Assembly: GCA_963693365.1 (NCBI GenBank)
Contig: CAVNZM010000001.1
Location: 1,435,827-1,499,826, forward strand
From: Amoebidium appalachense
Taxonomy: Eukaryota > Protista > Ichthyosporea
Direction: 5' to 3'
DNA length: 64,000 nt
Shown here: piece after piece, positions 39,760 through 50,684 of the stretch
Numbering within the stretch: position 1 is the first letter of the stretch
Layout: the number at the start of each line of letters is the position of its first letter
Made by a program: the position numbers and the translations under genes
The notes under the pieces: generated by a model
The model's database searches: none
The model's input: only the letters and a program-made list of their open reading frames with translations
What the model was told of the DNA's origin: nothing

Positions 39760-42655
39760 GAAAGGGGAGGCCTGGGGAAAGTATGTGGGCACATGGGTTT
39801 GGGGGGGAAGGGTTTTGGGGGAGAGGGAGGGGGAAAGTATGTGGGCACATGGGTTTTTGGGGAGGGAGGGGGAAAGGATTGTGTGGGCACATGAAGTCTC
39901 GTGAAGGGCCATGTGGTAAGGGAAGCTAGAACATGCATGGCTGCTCGGAGATGCCCTCTCACACAGTGCGGCACCCCAGAGATCTGGACGCAGGTATTTA
40001 CACGGGACTGCAGCCACCAGGAGATTGAGCCGGTGATCCAGCGCATCTCTGCCACCACGGCGGCGCTCAACAGCAAGGGCCCGGCCTTCTTCTACACAGA
40101 TCGGTGCTGCCAAGACCGGGCGTTTGTTGAGCGCATGTTTCCAACCCTAGCCCGGCCAAAATGCTCCGTCCGTCTGAACGAGGCTGCGCTGGTAAGCGTG
40201 ACGGACGGTCTGCCTGGGCTGGAGCTGCCGGCCAACTACCCTAAGCCGGTGTACACCGACTGCCAGGGGGCGGTGGTGGCCACAGCGGCCATTCGGGCCG
40301 ACCTGGAGGGGCAGCAGCACCGCGTGGTGGGGCTGGACTGCGAGTGGGTCTATCGGGTGGGCCAGGCGCGGTCCAAGGTTTGCACGCTGCAGATTGCCAC
40401 CGCACGGGCCGTGTACATCTTCCACTTGGCACGCATGGGCCCCAACCACAGCCCGCCCGCGCGGCTGGTGGACGAGCTGATTGCGCTGCTTAGGGACCCC
40501 AGCATCATCAAGGTGGGCAAGCAGATCGGCACGGACTCGGCCCACCTCAACAAGGACTACGGCACCCCTGTGGCCAGCTATCTGGAGCTGGGCCGGTTCT
40601 GCTACGCCCGTGCAGCTATCACCTCTGCGGCCCGGGGCTTGGCCGACATCACTGCCAGTGCCCAGGTCATAGGCAAGAAGCTGCCCAAGCCGGCACTTGT
40701 TCGATGCTCCAACTGGCACGAGCCGCTATCAGATGTGCAGGCCACCTACGCTGCCCTTGATGCATATGCGTCCCTGCAGGTCTACTCGGCCGTGGTCGAT
40801 AGGCCAAACCTGTCAGGTGTGTATCCCACCTGCTTTTTGCCCCAGTGCTTATGTGCTTATGCCAGATATAGAAAGATTGTGGGCCCCCCAGAGGAGAGGG
40901 GAGGGGGAGGAGGGGGGGGGGGGGGGGGGGTGGCTGACCACATGGGCCAGTGTTCCAGTTGTGTTATGCTGGGTGTCGGGTGGCTATCAAAGGAGGGGGG
41001 CAGCCTGATTGGTGGTGGTGGTGGTGGGGGGGGGGGGGGGGGGGGGGCTATAGCACTGTTAACACGTGCAAGTGCCACACAAGCTGGGCACTGGGAGGGG
41101 GGGGGGGGGGGTAGGGAGAAGGGGGGGGGGGGGGGGAAGGGGGTTGCTAAGGAATATGCATTTGATATTTGTGGAGCGAAGAGAAAAACGTTGGTGCTGT
41201 GGCTTTTTGGCTGAGTTTCTTGCTTCCCTCTATGACATGCAGCGCGGCTTCATGCAAAGGCACTCGGTGAAGGGGTTGAGATTGTGCCCAGGCGGGGCCC
41301 ACATGCTGCAGCAGCCACCGGGGTGGTGCTGGCTGTGCAGCCGGAGCGCTGGGGGGGCATGAAGGTGGGCAAGAAGCATGCAGTGGTGCGGGTGGATCAG
41401 GTGCTGTCGCCGGCCATGCAGGTGCCCTTTGGCCCCGACAAGGGCAAGACCCTGGGAGAGCTGGGCCCGCCGCCCTTTGAGCTGATGGTGCACCTGCAGT
41501 GGCTACGGCCCATTCAGCCCCCACCGGACCCAGGTGCCGAGGTGCCGGTGGTCCCTGACCCAGCCCCTCCCCCTGCCAGTCCTCCCCCTGCCGAGCAGCA
41601 GCAACCCCTTGCCGGCCCACAGGCACCCCCCCAGGACCCCCAGGCAGCCCCGGGGGGCCTTGAGGCAGCCCCAGGGGGACCCGAGGCAGCTCCCAGAGAG
41701 GGCATGTTGGGCCAGGCACCGCCTGGGGAGGTGGTGTGGCAGACTGTGCTGAATGACGCCTTCCACTCCATTGCAAACACAGCGGAAGGCACGTACAAGT
41801 CACACCCCCGCAGGGCTGAGTACGCACGCGCACTCAGCGAGGCAATATTTGTGTGGAATGAAGAGGATTACTGTCATCTTCACTTAATTCTCAGCAAGAC
41901 TTAGAAGTTGAGTTTGGTATTTATTTATTAGTTGTTGTAGTTTGTTTCCTTTTCCTTTCTTCATTTCTTTCTTTCTTTTCCGTTTCCGTGTACACGACAT
42001 CTTAGATCTGTGTACGTATCGACATACTTAGCTCGCGCACACGTATTGTCGTTTGCGTCAAAATCTATATATGTCATCCAATCATATCTCGTTTGTATTT
42101 TCCCAAATATAGTAACTTACATTCCTTTCTCATTCCTTTCCCACGACGTAGCATTGTGCTATGTTCTTCAACTATTAGGAATAATTATATTTAGACGTGT
42201 TATGATAAGAACATGTATAAATATATGTTATGAATTAATAGTTACATAAGTGGTTTCATTTTATTAAATGTTTCCGTGCTTTTATTAGAAGTTTCTTTCA
42301 TTAGAGGATTGAGTTTTACATTCTAAATGTCGACAGACATTTTATTCGATATATTTTACACTCATAGTTTTCATTCTTTTGATTGGTTTATCGTTTCACA
42401 TTCCCAAGTATAAAAGGGACCTCATCTTGAAATAAATCACAAGCAGTCGTATTCACTTCCTATGGTTCCAGAAATCGTTCCTCCTCTCCGGTTGTGTTTT
42501 TCCCGTGTGTTTTTGTGTTGTGTTTTACATAACACCCATCTGTGCTCTCTGCTTCTCCGTTTACCCACACAAAATAACAGGTTTACGGCCCCTTTGCACG
42601 CTAACACACAATCTCGCTACAACCGCGAAAATCTCTCAGTCTTACTGCTTCAATC

Positions 42656-44536
42656 ATGACTGACAAACCGTCGTATATCAACCTTCCAATATGGAATCCG
42701 TCCGAGAAACGAGACGAGAAACGTCTTAATTATTTCGAGTGGGAGCCACTCATTCACCGGTTCATTAGAACCACCATTGCCGAGAAATTCGTTGACGCTA
42801 TCAAGAGGCCACAGTGGGTTGACGGCGCTGAAGCCAACCAGTGGCTAGGCTACACCACCAAGGACTCCTACAAGAAAGCTTCCGACGTCCTCGACCAGAT
42901 CCTCAACCAGTCCGTCCACCCGACCGAGCTCTACGACTCCGGCCGGATGCAAGACGGTGTCCACGGTGGTGAAGTCTTCCACAACCTACGTATGGCGTAT
43001 GTAGCAGAGAAGGAGGCCCGAGTCACCCAGATTCAAGTCACCTTCGAGGAGCTTGAACTACGAGACTACCCCAACGTCACAGCATACCTCACCCGTCTCC
43101 AACGTCTGGCTACGACACTTGCCTGCCTCGACGAACCCATCCAGCACAAGGATGTCGTACGTAAGTTCTTCCTCCACATCCGGAAGAACACAGCCCTGGT
43201 CTGCCCCGACATTGAACGTCTCTGCTCCGACTACTGGATGAACAACAAGGCCTACCCGTCCTTCAACATGCTCATCAGTGACATCCGAGGAGCTGAAATC
43301 CGTGCCGGCCTCATCGACGCAGGCACAGGTGCAACCGTCAACAACCGTCCCCTCCGTGCACTCCAGAGCAGAGTGCTTCCCCCCGGTGACCTCCGTAACC
43401 GTATTCCTCGACGTGAGCATACACCTCACCGTTCCCCGTCCCGTTCCCGTGATCCTCGTCCTCCCTCCAAGTCACCCGGCCCCCGTTCAACTTCCCCTTA
43501 CCACCGTGGTAACAGGGACAACCGTAACCGACAGCACAACACCAACAGTGTGAAGTGTTCCTACTGCCATGAGCCCCACCACATCACAGCATGCCCGGAG
43601 CCTGGCTGCACAGTTGCTCGTCGTGCCAAGCAGGAGAAAGGTGACAAGAGTGTGAAATTTGCACTCATCTCCTCCACCGGCACACCTGACAGTAACGACC
43701 CCGTCTGGGACAGTGCTTGTAATGCACACATCTGCCCCATCAAGGAGTATTTCTCCTCCCTTACCCCGTGTCCTCCCACCCCCATTCACGGCCTCGGCAC
43801 AGTCAATGCCAAACAACGTGGCATCATCAACATAACACTGCACTACAACGGCCACCCAACACCGTGCAGCATCAATGCTTACTACGTACCCGAGGCACCG
43901 TCTTTCCTCGTGTCTACCTCCATGGCATCAGCTGCCGGCCTCCTAGGTCATTGTGACGATACAGACAACCACCCGTCGTTCCTCTACAGCCGTAATGGTG
44001 ACATTATTACAGATCTCACCCCCCTCGACGGTCTCTACTACATCACTGACTATGTGATTGAGACTCCTAAACACCCGGGGGTCCAAGCCTACACAGCAAG
44101 GACTCAACAACCCGACGTCTCCCAGCTCCACGTGTTCGGCTCCCCTGCCTATGTGCATGTTCCCCGGTCAAAGAGGAACAAGCTGGCATCAACCGTCAGA
44201 GTCGGCACCTACGTCGGCTGGGACCTACCCTCCAAGGCACACAAGATCCTCGACCTTGCCAGCAACCAAATCAAGATCTGCCGTGATGTGATCTTCGACG
44301 AGTCGAAATTCACGGGCAGCACCAATCAGGTCTCCGTTCCCCCCAAACCCGATCTGCCGACATTGGACCCCCCCTCCGACGACGACGATGAAACTCCGTC
44401 TGTGGTCATCTCCCAACCGTCCTGGCACAACCAACCAGCCCCGGTTGAACCCGTGCCTCCCCCGAGCCCCCCCCCACTGGCCAACAACCCTTGCTGCCGG
44501 CCCCCCCCGTTGCTGTGCATCAACCCGGCTACATGA
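42656..44536 (+). CDS. Copia gag-protease with in-frame integrase deletion
   Basis: CSYCHEPHHITAC knuckle, VWDSAC protease motif; TARTQ joined directly to PDVSQLHVFG. Confidence 0.92.
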   Translation: MTDKPSYINLPIWNPSEKRDEKRLNYFEWEPLIHRFIRTTIAEKFVDAIKRPQWVDGAEANQWLGYTTKDSYKKASDVLDQILNQSVHPTELYDSGRMQDGVHGGEVFHNLRMAYVAEKEARVTQIQVTFEELELRDYPNVTAYLTRLQRLATTLACLDEPIQHKDVVRKFFLHIRKNTALVCPDIERLCSDYWMNNKAYPSFNMLISDIRGAEIRAGLIDAGTGATVNNRPLRALQSRVLPPGDLRNRIPRREHTPHRSPSRSRDPRPPSKSPGPRSTSPYHRGNRDNRNRQHNTNSVKCSYCHEPHHITACPEPGCTVARRAKQEKGDKSVKFALISSTGTPDSNDPVWDSACNAHICPIKEYFSSLTPCPPTPIHGLGTVNAKQRGIINITLHYNGHPTPCSINAYYVPEAPSFLVSTSMASAAGLLGHCDDTDNHPSFLYSRNGDIITDLTPLDGLYYITDYVIETPKHPGVQAYTARTQQPDVSQLHVFGSPAYVHVPRSKRNKLASTVRVGTYVGWDLPSKAHKILDLASNQIKICRDVIFDESKFTGSTNQVSVPPKPDLPTLDPPSDDDDETPSVVISQPSWHNQPAPVEPVPPPSPPPLANNPCCRPPPLLCINPAT

Positions 44537-46329
44537 CTCCGGTTCGTCCTGGGTCCCCCACCTTCCACTCGGCCACGAGCAGCCCTGTGGACACCGATGC
44601 CCCCCTCACCACCGGTCCTATTCCTGGCTTCCATGCCCCTATCCCGGCCTCCACCACCTACCCGGCCACCACCCCCCTCAAGGACCCCCCCAAGCCCAAC
44701 CTTCGTCGGTCTACACGTCTCACCAAGACTCCAACGGCACTGGTCAGCATCGTAGCACCGACCATCAACATTGACCAGCTCCCCAAGGGCATTCAAAAGC
44801 TTTGCAACGGTCCCAACGGTGATGCCGTCATAGCTGCCCTCACCTCCGAGTACCAAGCCTTCATCACCAAGGATGTCTTCACCATTGTTGATCCCCCCCC
44901 TGGTGCCAACATCATCAAGTTCAAGTGGATTGTGACTGAGAAAGTCCTCAACTCAGCCGGTGACACCAAGATCAAAGCTCGTGGTGTTGCAAAGGGCTTC
45001 ACTCAAGTCTACGGTGTTGACTACGGTGACACCTCTTCCCCCGTGGTGATGTCCTCCTCCGTCCGTGCCCTCCTTGCCATCGGTGTGGACGGCAACCATG
45101 AGATTCATCAACTCGACGTCTCAACTGCCTTCCTCAACAGTCCTCTTCAAGAAGACATCTACATTGAGCCACCACCTGGCTTCATCACCCCCGGCAACGA
45201 ACACAAGGTCTGGAAACTTAAGAAGGCACTCTACGGGCTCAAGCAAGCATCACTGGCCTGGTATGAGTACTTCGACAAGGTCCTCCTTGCTCACGGTCTC
45301 GAACGTCTCCGTTCAGATCCATGTGTCTACATCAAGACCTTCCCCAACGGTGACATCATCCTCACTGGCAACTATGTGGACGACGTCATCATCATCTGCA
45401 CGGCCAACTCCTCCCACACCAAGGATCTAGTAGACCACATCATGAAGTCAGCTCTCTGCAAGGTTGACCTTCCCGACATCTTCCTTGGCACCCAGCTCAT
45501 CCACACCCCCGGTCACCTCAAGCTGCTTCAGCAATCCTACATCAACGACATCGTCAGAGACTTCAACCTCAACGATGCTCACCCCAAGGCTACTCCCATT
45601 CCCGTCGGCACCGTCATCACCATCAACGAGAACGACTCACCACCCATCAAGGTTCCCTACCGTGAACTACTCGGCCGTCTTTTGTGGGTTGCTCGTTGTT
45701 CCCGGCCCGACATCTCCTTTGCCATCGGCTACCTCGGTAGATTCAGTGCCAACCCCACCAAACTTGCATGGGAATGTCTACTCCGTGTAGTTCGGTACCT
45801 CATCGGCACTTCCAACCTCGGCCTTCACTACGACAAGTCTGCTTCCGACGACAACACCCCCTTGCTGGAGTGTTATTCTGATGCTGACTTTGCCAACTGC
45901 CCCAACACCCGTCGTTCAACCACCGGATACGTCATCTTCTTCAAGGGCATACCCATCACATGGTATTCGAAGCTGCAGTCCATCACGGCAACATCCACCA
46001 CCGAGGCTGAGCTTCTGGCCATCAATGCTGCTGTTCAAAACGTCATCTGGCACCGTGATCTCCTCCGTGAACTCGGCTACCCGATGACCGACCCCACCCC
46101 CGTCTACTGTGACAACCAGTCCACCATTGCCCTCCTGCACACCAACAGCATCAAGCACCGGACCAAACACATTGCAGTCCGTTACCACAACACGAAGGAC
46201 TACATCAAGAGTGGGGATGTGGTCGTCACCTACGTGTCCAGCAAAGACAACGTGGCTGACATCTTCACCAAGCCCCTGCCCGGGCCCTCCCACGAGCAGC
46301 ACCGTGATTCACTCAGTCTTCGTGACTGA
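44491..46329 (+). CDS. Copia RT-RNaseH, out of frame with gag at a C-run
   Basis: KARGVAKG, QLDVSTAFLN, LYGLKQA, YVDD, YSDADFA, CDNQS, ADIFTK. Confidence 0.96.
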   Translation: MLPAPPVAVHQPGYMTPVRPGSPTFHSATSSPVDTDAPLTTGPIPGFHAPIPASTTYPATTPLKDPPKPNLRRSTRLTKTPTALVSIVAPTINIDQLPKGIQKLCNGPNGDAVIAALTSEYQAFITKDVFTIVDPPPGANIIKFKWIVTEKVLNSAGDTKIKARGVAKGFTQVYGVDYGDTSSPVVMSSSVRALLAIGVDGNHEIHQLDVSTAFLNSPLQEDIYIEPPPGFITPGNEHKVWKLKKALYGLKQASLAWYEYFDKVLLAHGLERLRSDPCVYIKTFPNGDIILTGNYVDDVIIICTANSSHTKDLVDHIMKSALCKVDLPDIFLGTQLIHTPGHLKLLQQSYINDIVRDFNLNDAHPKATPIPVGTVITINENDSPPIKVPYRELLGRLLWVARCSRPDISFAIGYLGRFSANPTKLAWECLLRVVRYLIGTSNLGLHYDKSASDDNTPLLECYSDADFANCPNTRRSTTGYVIFFKGIPITWYSKLQSITATSTTEAELLAINAAVQNVIWHRDLLRELGYPMTDPTPVYCDNQSTIALLHTNSIKHRTKHIAVRYHNTKDYIKSGDVVVTYVSSKDNVADIFTKPLPGPSHEQHRDSLSLRD

Positions 46330-46330
46330 G

Positions 46331-46369
<39 letters not shown>

Positions 46370-48377
46370 TTCATCTACAGTGGTCTTCAAGTAGGTTGGG
46401 GCCCTGGCCAGTGGTCTACACATCACCGTGTAGAGACACCTCCCAACGAAAGTCTACTGCTGTCTTCATCGATCTTCAGTGTGTGCATCTTCAGTGGGGA
46501 TTTCTTCTCCACCATCCGTCGTTTATTTATATACCACCATATATATAATGTATTTATCATTAGCCACCAACACGTCACACATACACTAGTTGTTTCTTCT
46601 ATATATATTTATATATCACGTCATTGGCTACCGTCATCTTCCGAGCCTTCAGAGGCAACCGTCGTTGTGTGCTTCTTCCGTTTTGGTTTTCTTCCCCGGC
46701 TTGCACCTTCAAGTCTTCTCCATTGTCTTCTCGAGTGGGGAAACTTGACTGTGACTTCACGGCACCTACTTCTACATGTGTGAAAGTCTTAACATCAACA
46801 GTCACATCAACAAACTTCACGAGAACCCAACTTCCAACCCTTGAGTGGGGATGTCATCTTCACTTAATTCTCAGCAAGACTTAGAAGTTGAGTTTGGTAT
46901 TTATTTATTAGTTGTTGTAGTTTGTTTCCTTTTCCTTTCTTCATTTCTTTCTTTCTTTTCCGTTTCCGTGTACACGACATCTTAGATCTGTGTACGTATC
47001 GACATACTTAGCTCGCGCACACGTATTGTCGTTTGCGTCAAAATCTATATATGTCATCCAATCATATCTCGTTTGTATTTTCCCAAATATAGTAACTTAC
47101 ATTCCTTTCTCATTCCTTTCCCACGACGTAGCATTGTGCTATGTTCTTCAACTATTAGGAATAATTATATTTAGACGTGTTATGATAAGAACATGTATAA
47201 ATATATGTTATGAATTAATAGTTACATAAGTGGTTTCATTTTATTAAATGTTTCCGTGCTTTTATTAGAAGTTTCTTTCATTAGAGGATTGAGTTTTACA
47301 TTCTAAATGTCGACAGACATTTTATTCGATATATTTTACACTCATAGTTTTCATTCTTTTGATTGGTTTATCGTTTCACATTCCCAAGTATAAAAGGGAC
47401 CTCATCTTGAAATAAATCACAAGCAGTCGTATTCACTTCCTATGGTTCCAGAAATCGTTCCTCCTCTCCGGTTGTGTTTTTCCCGTGTGTTTTTGTGTTG
47501 TGTTTTACATAACACCCATCTGTGCTCTCTGCTTCTCCGTTTACCCACACAAAATAACAATTACGGACATGTGAAGGTGCCCCCCCCCCCCCCCAAAAAA
47601 AAAAAAAAAAAAAAAAAAACGGCAACAACAACATGCGTGACGCGCACACACACATACACTCATTAGCACACACTCACATTTCCACCCACAACCATGCACA
47701 CCCTCGACAAAACTTCTGAGGGAAGAGAGAGAGCCTGAGCCTCAGAGAGAGAGGGGGGCAAGGGGGGGGGGGGGGGAGGAGGAGGAGAGTGGGGGTTATT
47801 CATATGCCTAGAGAGAAATAATGTAGGGTTGTGGGGGGAAACAGCCTGAGCCGCATGCATTTTTTACTTGTGTTGGGGGAGAAGATGGGGGGGGTGGAGG
47901 GGAGGGGTCCTACAATAACCGCAGGTATCAAAGTCTACCAAACCCAAATTGCAGTGTGCGTAGTAAATTAATATTGGCATCCTGCCTCACAGGGGGTGCT
48001 GGAGCAGAAGGGCATCGACATTGAAACCGAGCTCAAGGGCGGCGACCTGAGCTACTTCATGGAGCGCATCCGGCGGGTCATTCCCGACCCATACACGCTG
48101 GTCTCGCGGCTGGTGGAGTTCAAAAACACCTACAAGGATGTGCCGCCCGGACCGGATGGCAAGCCTCTGTTCAAGAAGGATGGCTTTGAAAGACTCGAGG
48201 CAACATCCCCCCCCCCTCCCCCTCCCCCCGCAGCGCAGGCGCCCCAACAACTCCACCACCACAGAAAAGATTCTTCGCTTATTTGTCATCCTTGGTTCAT
48301 CTGCACACACACGCACACCCTAGCCTCCCCCCCTCCCCCTCCCCCCCCCCCCCTCCAAACATACACACACACACACA

Positions 48378-48416
<39 letters not shown>

Positions 48417-48493
48417 CCCGCACGGCCCTTGCTGCCTAGCCAGTTGTTTTTTGCCTTTCCCCTGCTCCTTTTTGTCCTTAGCAACCCCATCCC

Positions 48494-48524
<31 letters not shown>

Positions 48525-50684
48525 ATACACACACACTACCACCACCACCACCCACCCATCTCTCTGATGTTTGCTTGTGCCCCCACAGTCGCTGCTCGAA
48601 CACGCCCAAAATGGCTGTCTGTCGGACCCCCCCGGCCTGCCCCTCTACTACGAGACCACTGCCGACGCAGATGGGCTCATGCGCTACCGCTGCATCCGGG
48701 GCACCAACGAGGTGGAGGGGGCAGTGCACAACCCCCTGGCCACCCACTTTGGGGCCACACGCATGTCGCTGCGCCTGCTGGACGCCACCATGTCCAATAG
48801 GCGCCACCGCCACAACCTGCGTGCACACTACCGCAACCGCCTGGGCCAGGCATCGGGCCCCCCCACTACAGCCCCTGGATTGTTGACGACATGGAGGCAC
48901 TGGCGCTGATGCTGTACGGCCATCACCTCGACCCCCAGTGGGTACCCGTAGGCTGCTACAAGCTACCGGAGGAGTACTTCAACTTTGCCCCGCTCTCCTG
49001 TGTGGCCAATGCCCCGGCGCAGGAGCCAGTTGCGGTGCCCGCACCCCCACCTCCGTCTGATAACAACGAGCCTGCAGCCAATGGCGTGATGGGCGGGCCA
49101 GAGGACTGTGAGGTCGAGGGGGGTGACGGTGCTGCCATGCGGGGGGGCAACCAGGTGGCGCGTGGTGCACCACAGCCGGACCCTGCACTGAGGGGCGACT
49201 ACAAGATCCTGGCGCAGAAGCAACATGTGGCCATCCCCTTCCTTCCGGTGCTTACCCCTCAGGAGCGCAAGCTATTCAGCACGCTGCTCCTGGGCACCTA
49301 CAAGGCACATGCAAAGCCCAACGGCCAGCTGTTCGAGGCTTTGGCCCAAGACTTCAACAAGGCTGCCTCTGTGGCTGGGGGAATCTACATGAAGGATGCG
49401 GCCTACATCAAGAAGCATTTCGACAAGTGGAAGACCTGGCAGACGGCACATGCACAAAGCTCCACACACGAGGGCCTGGCAGATCACCGCAAGCGTATGC
49501 GCGAGGAGAGGGCAGACGCTGTGCCAGCAACCATACGGCCTGCCCCCCTGCCACCCCTCCCTGTTCCAGACGGTGTCGATGCAGGGGCGCAGCGTGAGCG
49601 GCCCTTGCCCATGCGTGTGGGCAAGAAGCATCGCAACATTGGCCCTGAGGGGCCCCTGCAGATGGATTTGCCGGTGCCCCCTCCTATGCAGCCACCCCAG
49701 AGAGCCCCCAAGACCTGCAAGACGTGTGGCCGCCAGGGCAAGGGCTGCCCCGGCTCCAATCGGGCCAAGAGCTGCCCACGTTGGGTTGCAGCCAATCAGG
49801 ATGCCATGCCACCAGCACCCGCGCTTGACATGCAGCAGGGCCATGTGCCGCACATGCCCCCTGCACCCCATCCAGGCCCGCACCACCCACATGGCTGGCT
49901 GTCATCTTCACTTAATTCTCAGCAAGACTTAGAAGTTGAGTTTGGTATTTATTTATTAGTTGTTGTAGTTTGTTTCCTTTTCCTTTCTTCATTTCTTTCT
50001 TTCTTTTCCGTTTCCGTGTACACGACATCTTAGATCTGTGTACGTATCGACATACTTAGCTCGCGCACACGTATTGTCGTTTGCGTCAAAATCTATATAT
50101 GTCATCCAATCATATCTCGTTTGTATTTTCCCAAATATAGTAACTTACATTCCTTTCTCATTCCTTTCCCACGACGTAGCATTGTGCTATGTTCTTCAAC
50201 TATTAGAAAAAAATTATATTTAGACGTGTTATGATAAGAACATGTATAAATATATGTTATGAATTAATAGTTACATAAGTGGTTTCATTTTATTAAATGT
50301 TTCCGTGCTTTTATTAGAAGTTTCTTTCATTAGAGGATTGAGTTTTATATTCTAAATGTCGACAGACATTTTATTCGATATATTTTACACTCATAGTTTT
50401 CATTCTTTTGATTGGTTTATCGTTTCACATTCCCAAGTATAAAAGGGACCTCATCTTGAAATAAATCACAAGCAGTCGTATTCACTTCCTATGGTTCCAG
50501 AAATCGTTCCTCCTCTCCGGTTGTGTTTTTCCCGTGTGTCTTTGTGTTGTGTTTTACATAACACCCATCTGTGCTCTCTGCTTCTCCGTTTACCCACACA
50601 AAATAACAGGTTTACGGCCCCTTTGCACGCTAACACACAATCTCGCTACAACCGCGAAAATCTCTCAGTCTTACTGCTTCAATC

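Larger units (their letters stand above)
41872..47559 (+). mobile_element. Ty1/Copia element A1 (integrase-deleted)
   Basis: 708-bp LTRs at 41872-42579 and 46852-47559, TSD ATTAC, PBS at 42580, PPT GAGTGGGGA. Confidence 0.97.

Noticed and set aside
39901-41214. Stand-alone host WRN/EXD2 exonuclease gene
   Set aside because: The ORF tail is intron read-through, and the exonuclease splices in frame into a much larger transposase-like protein.
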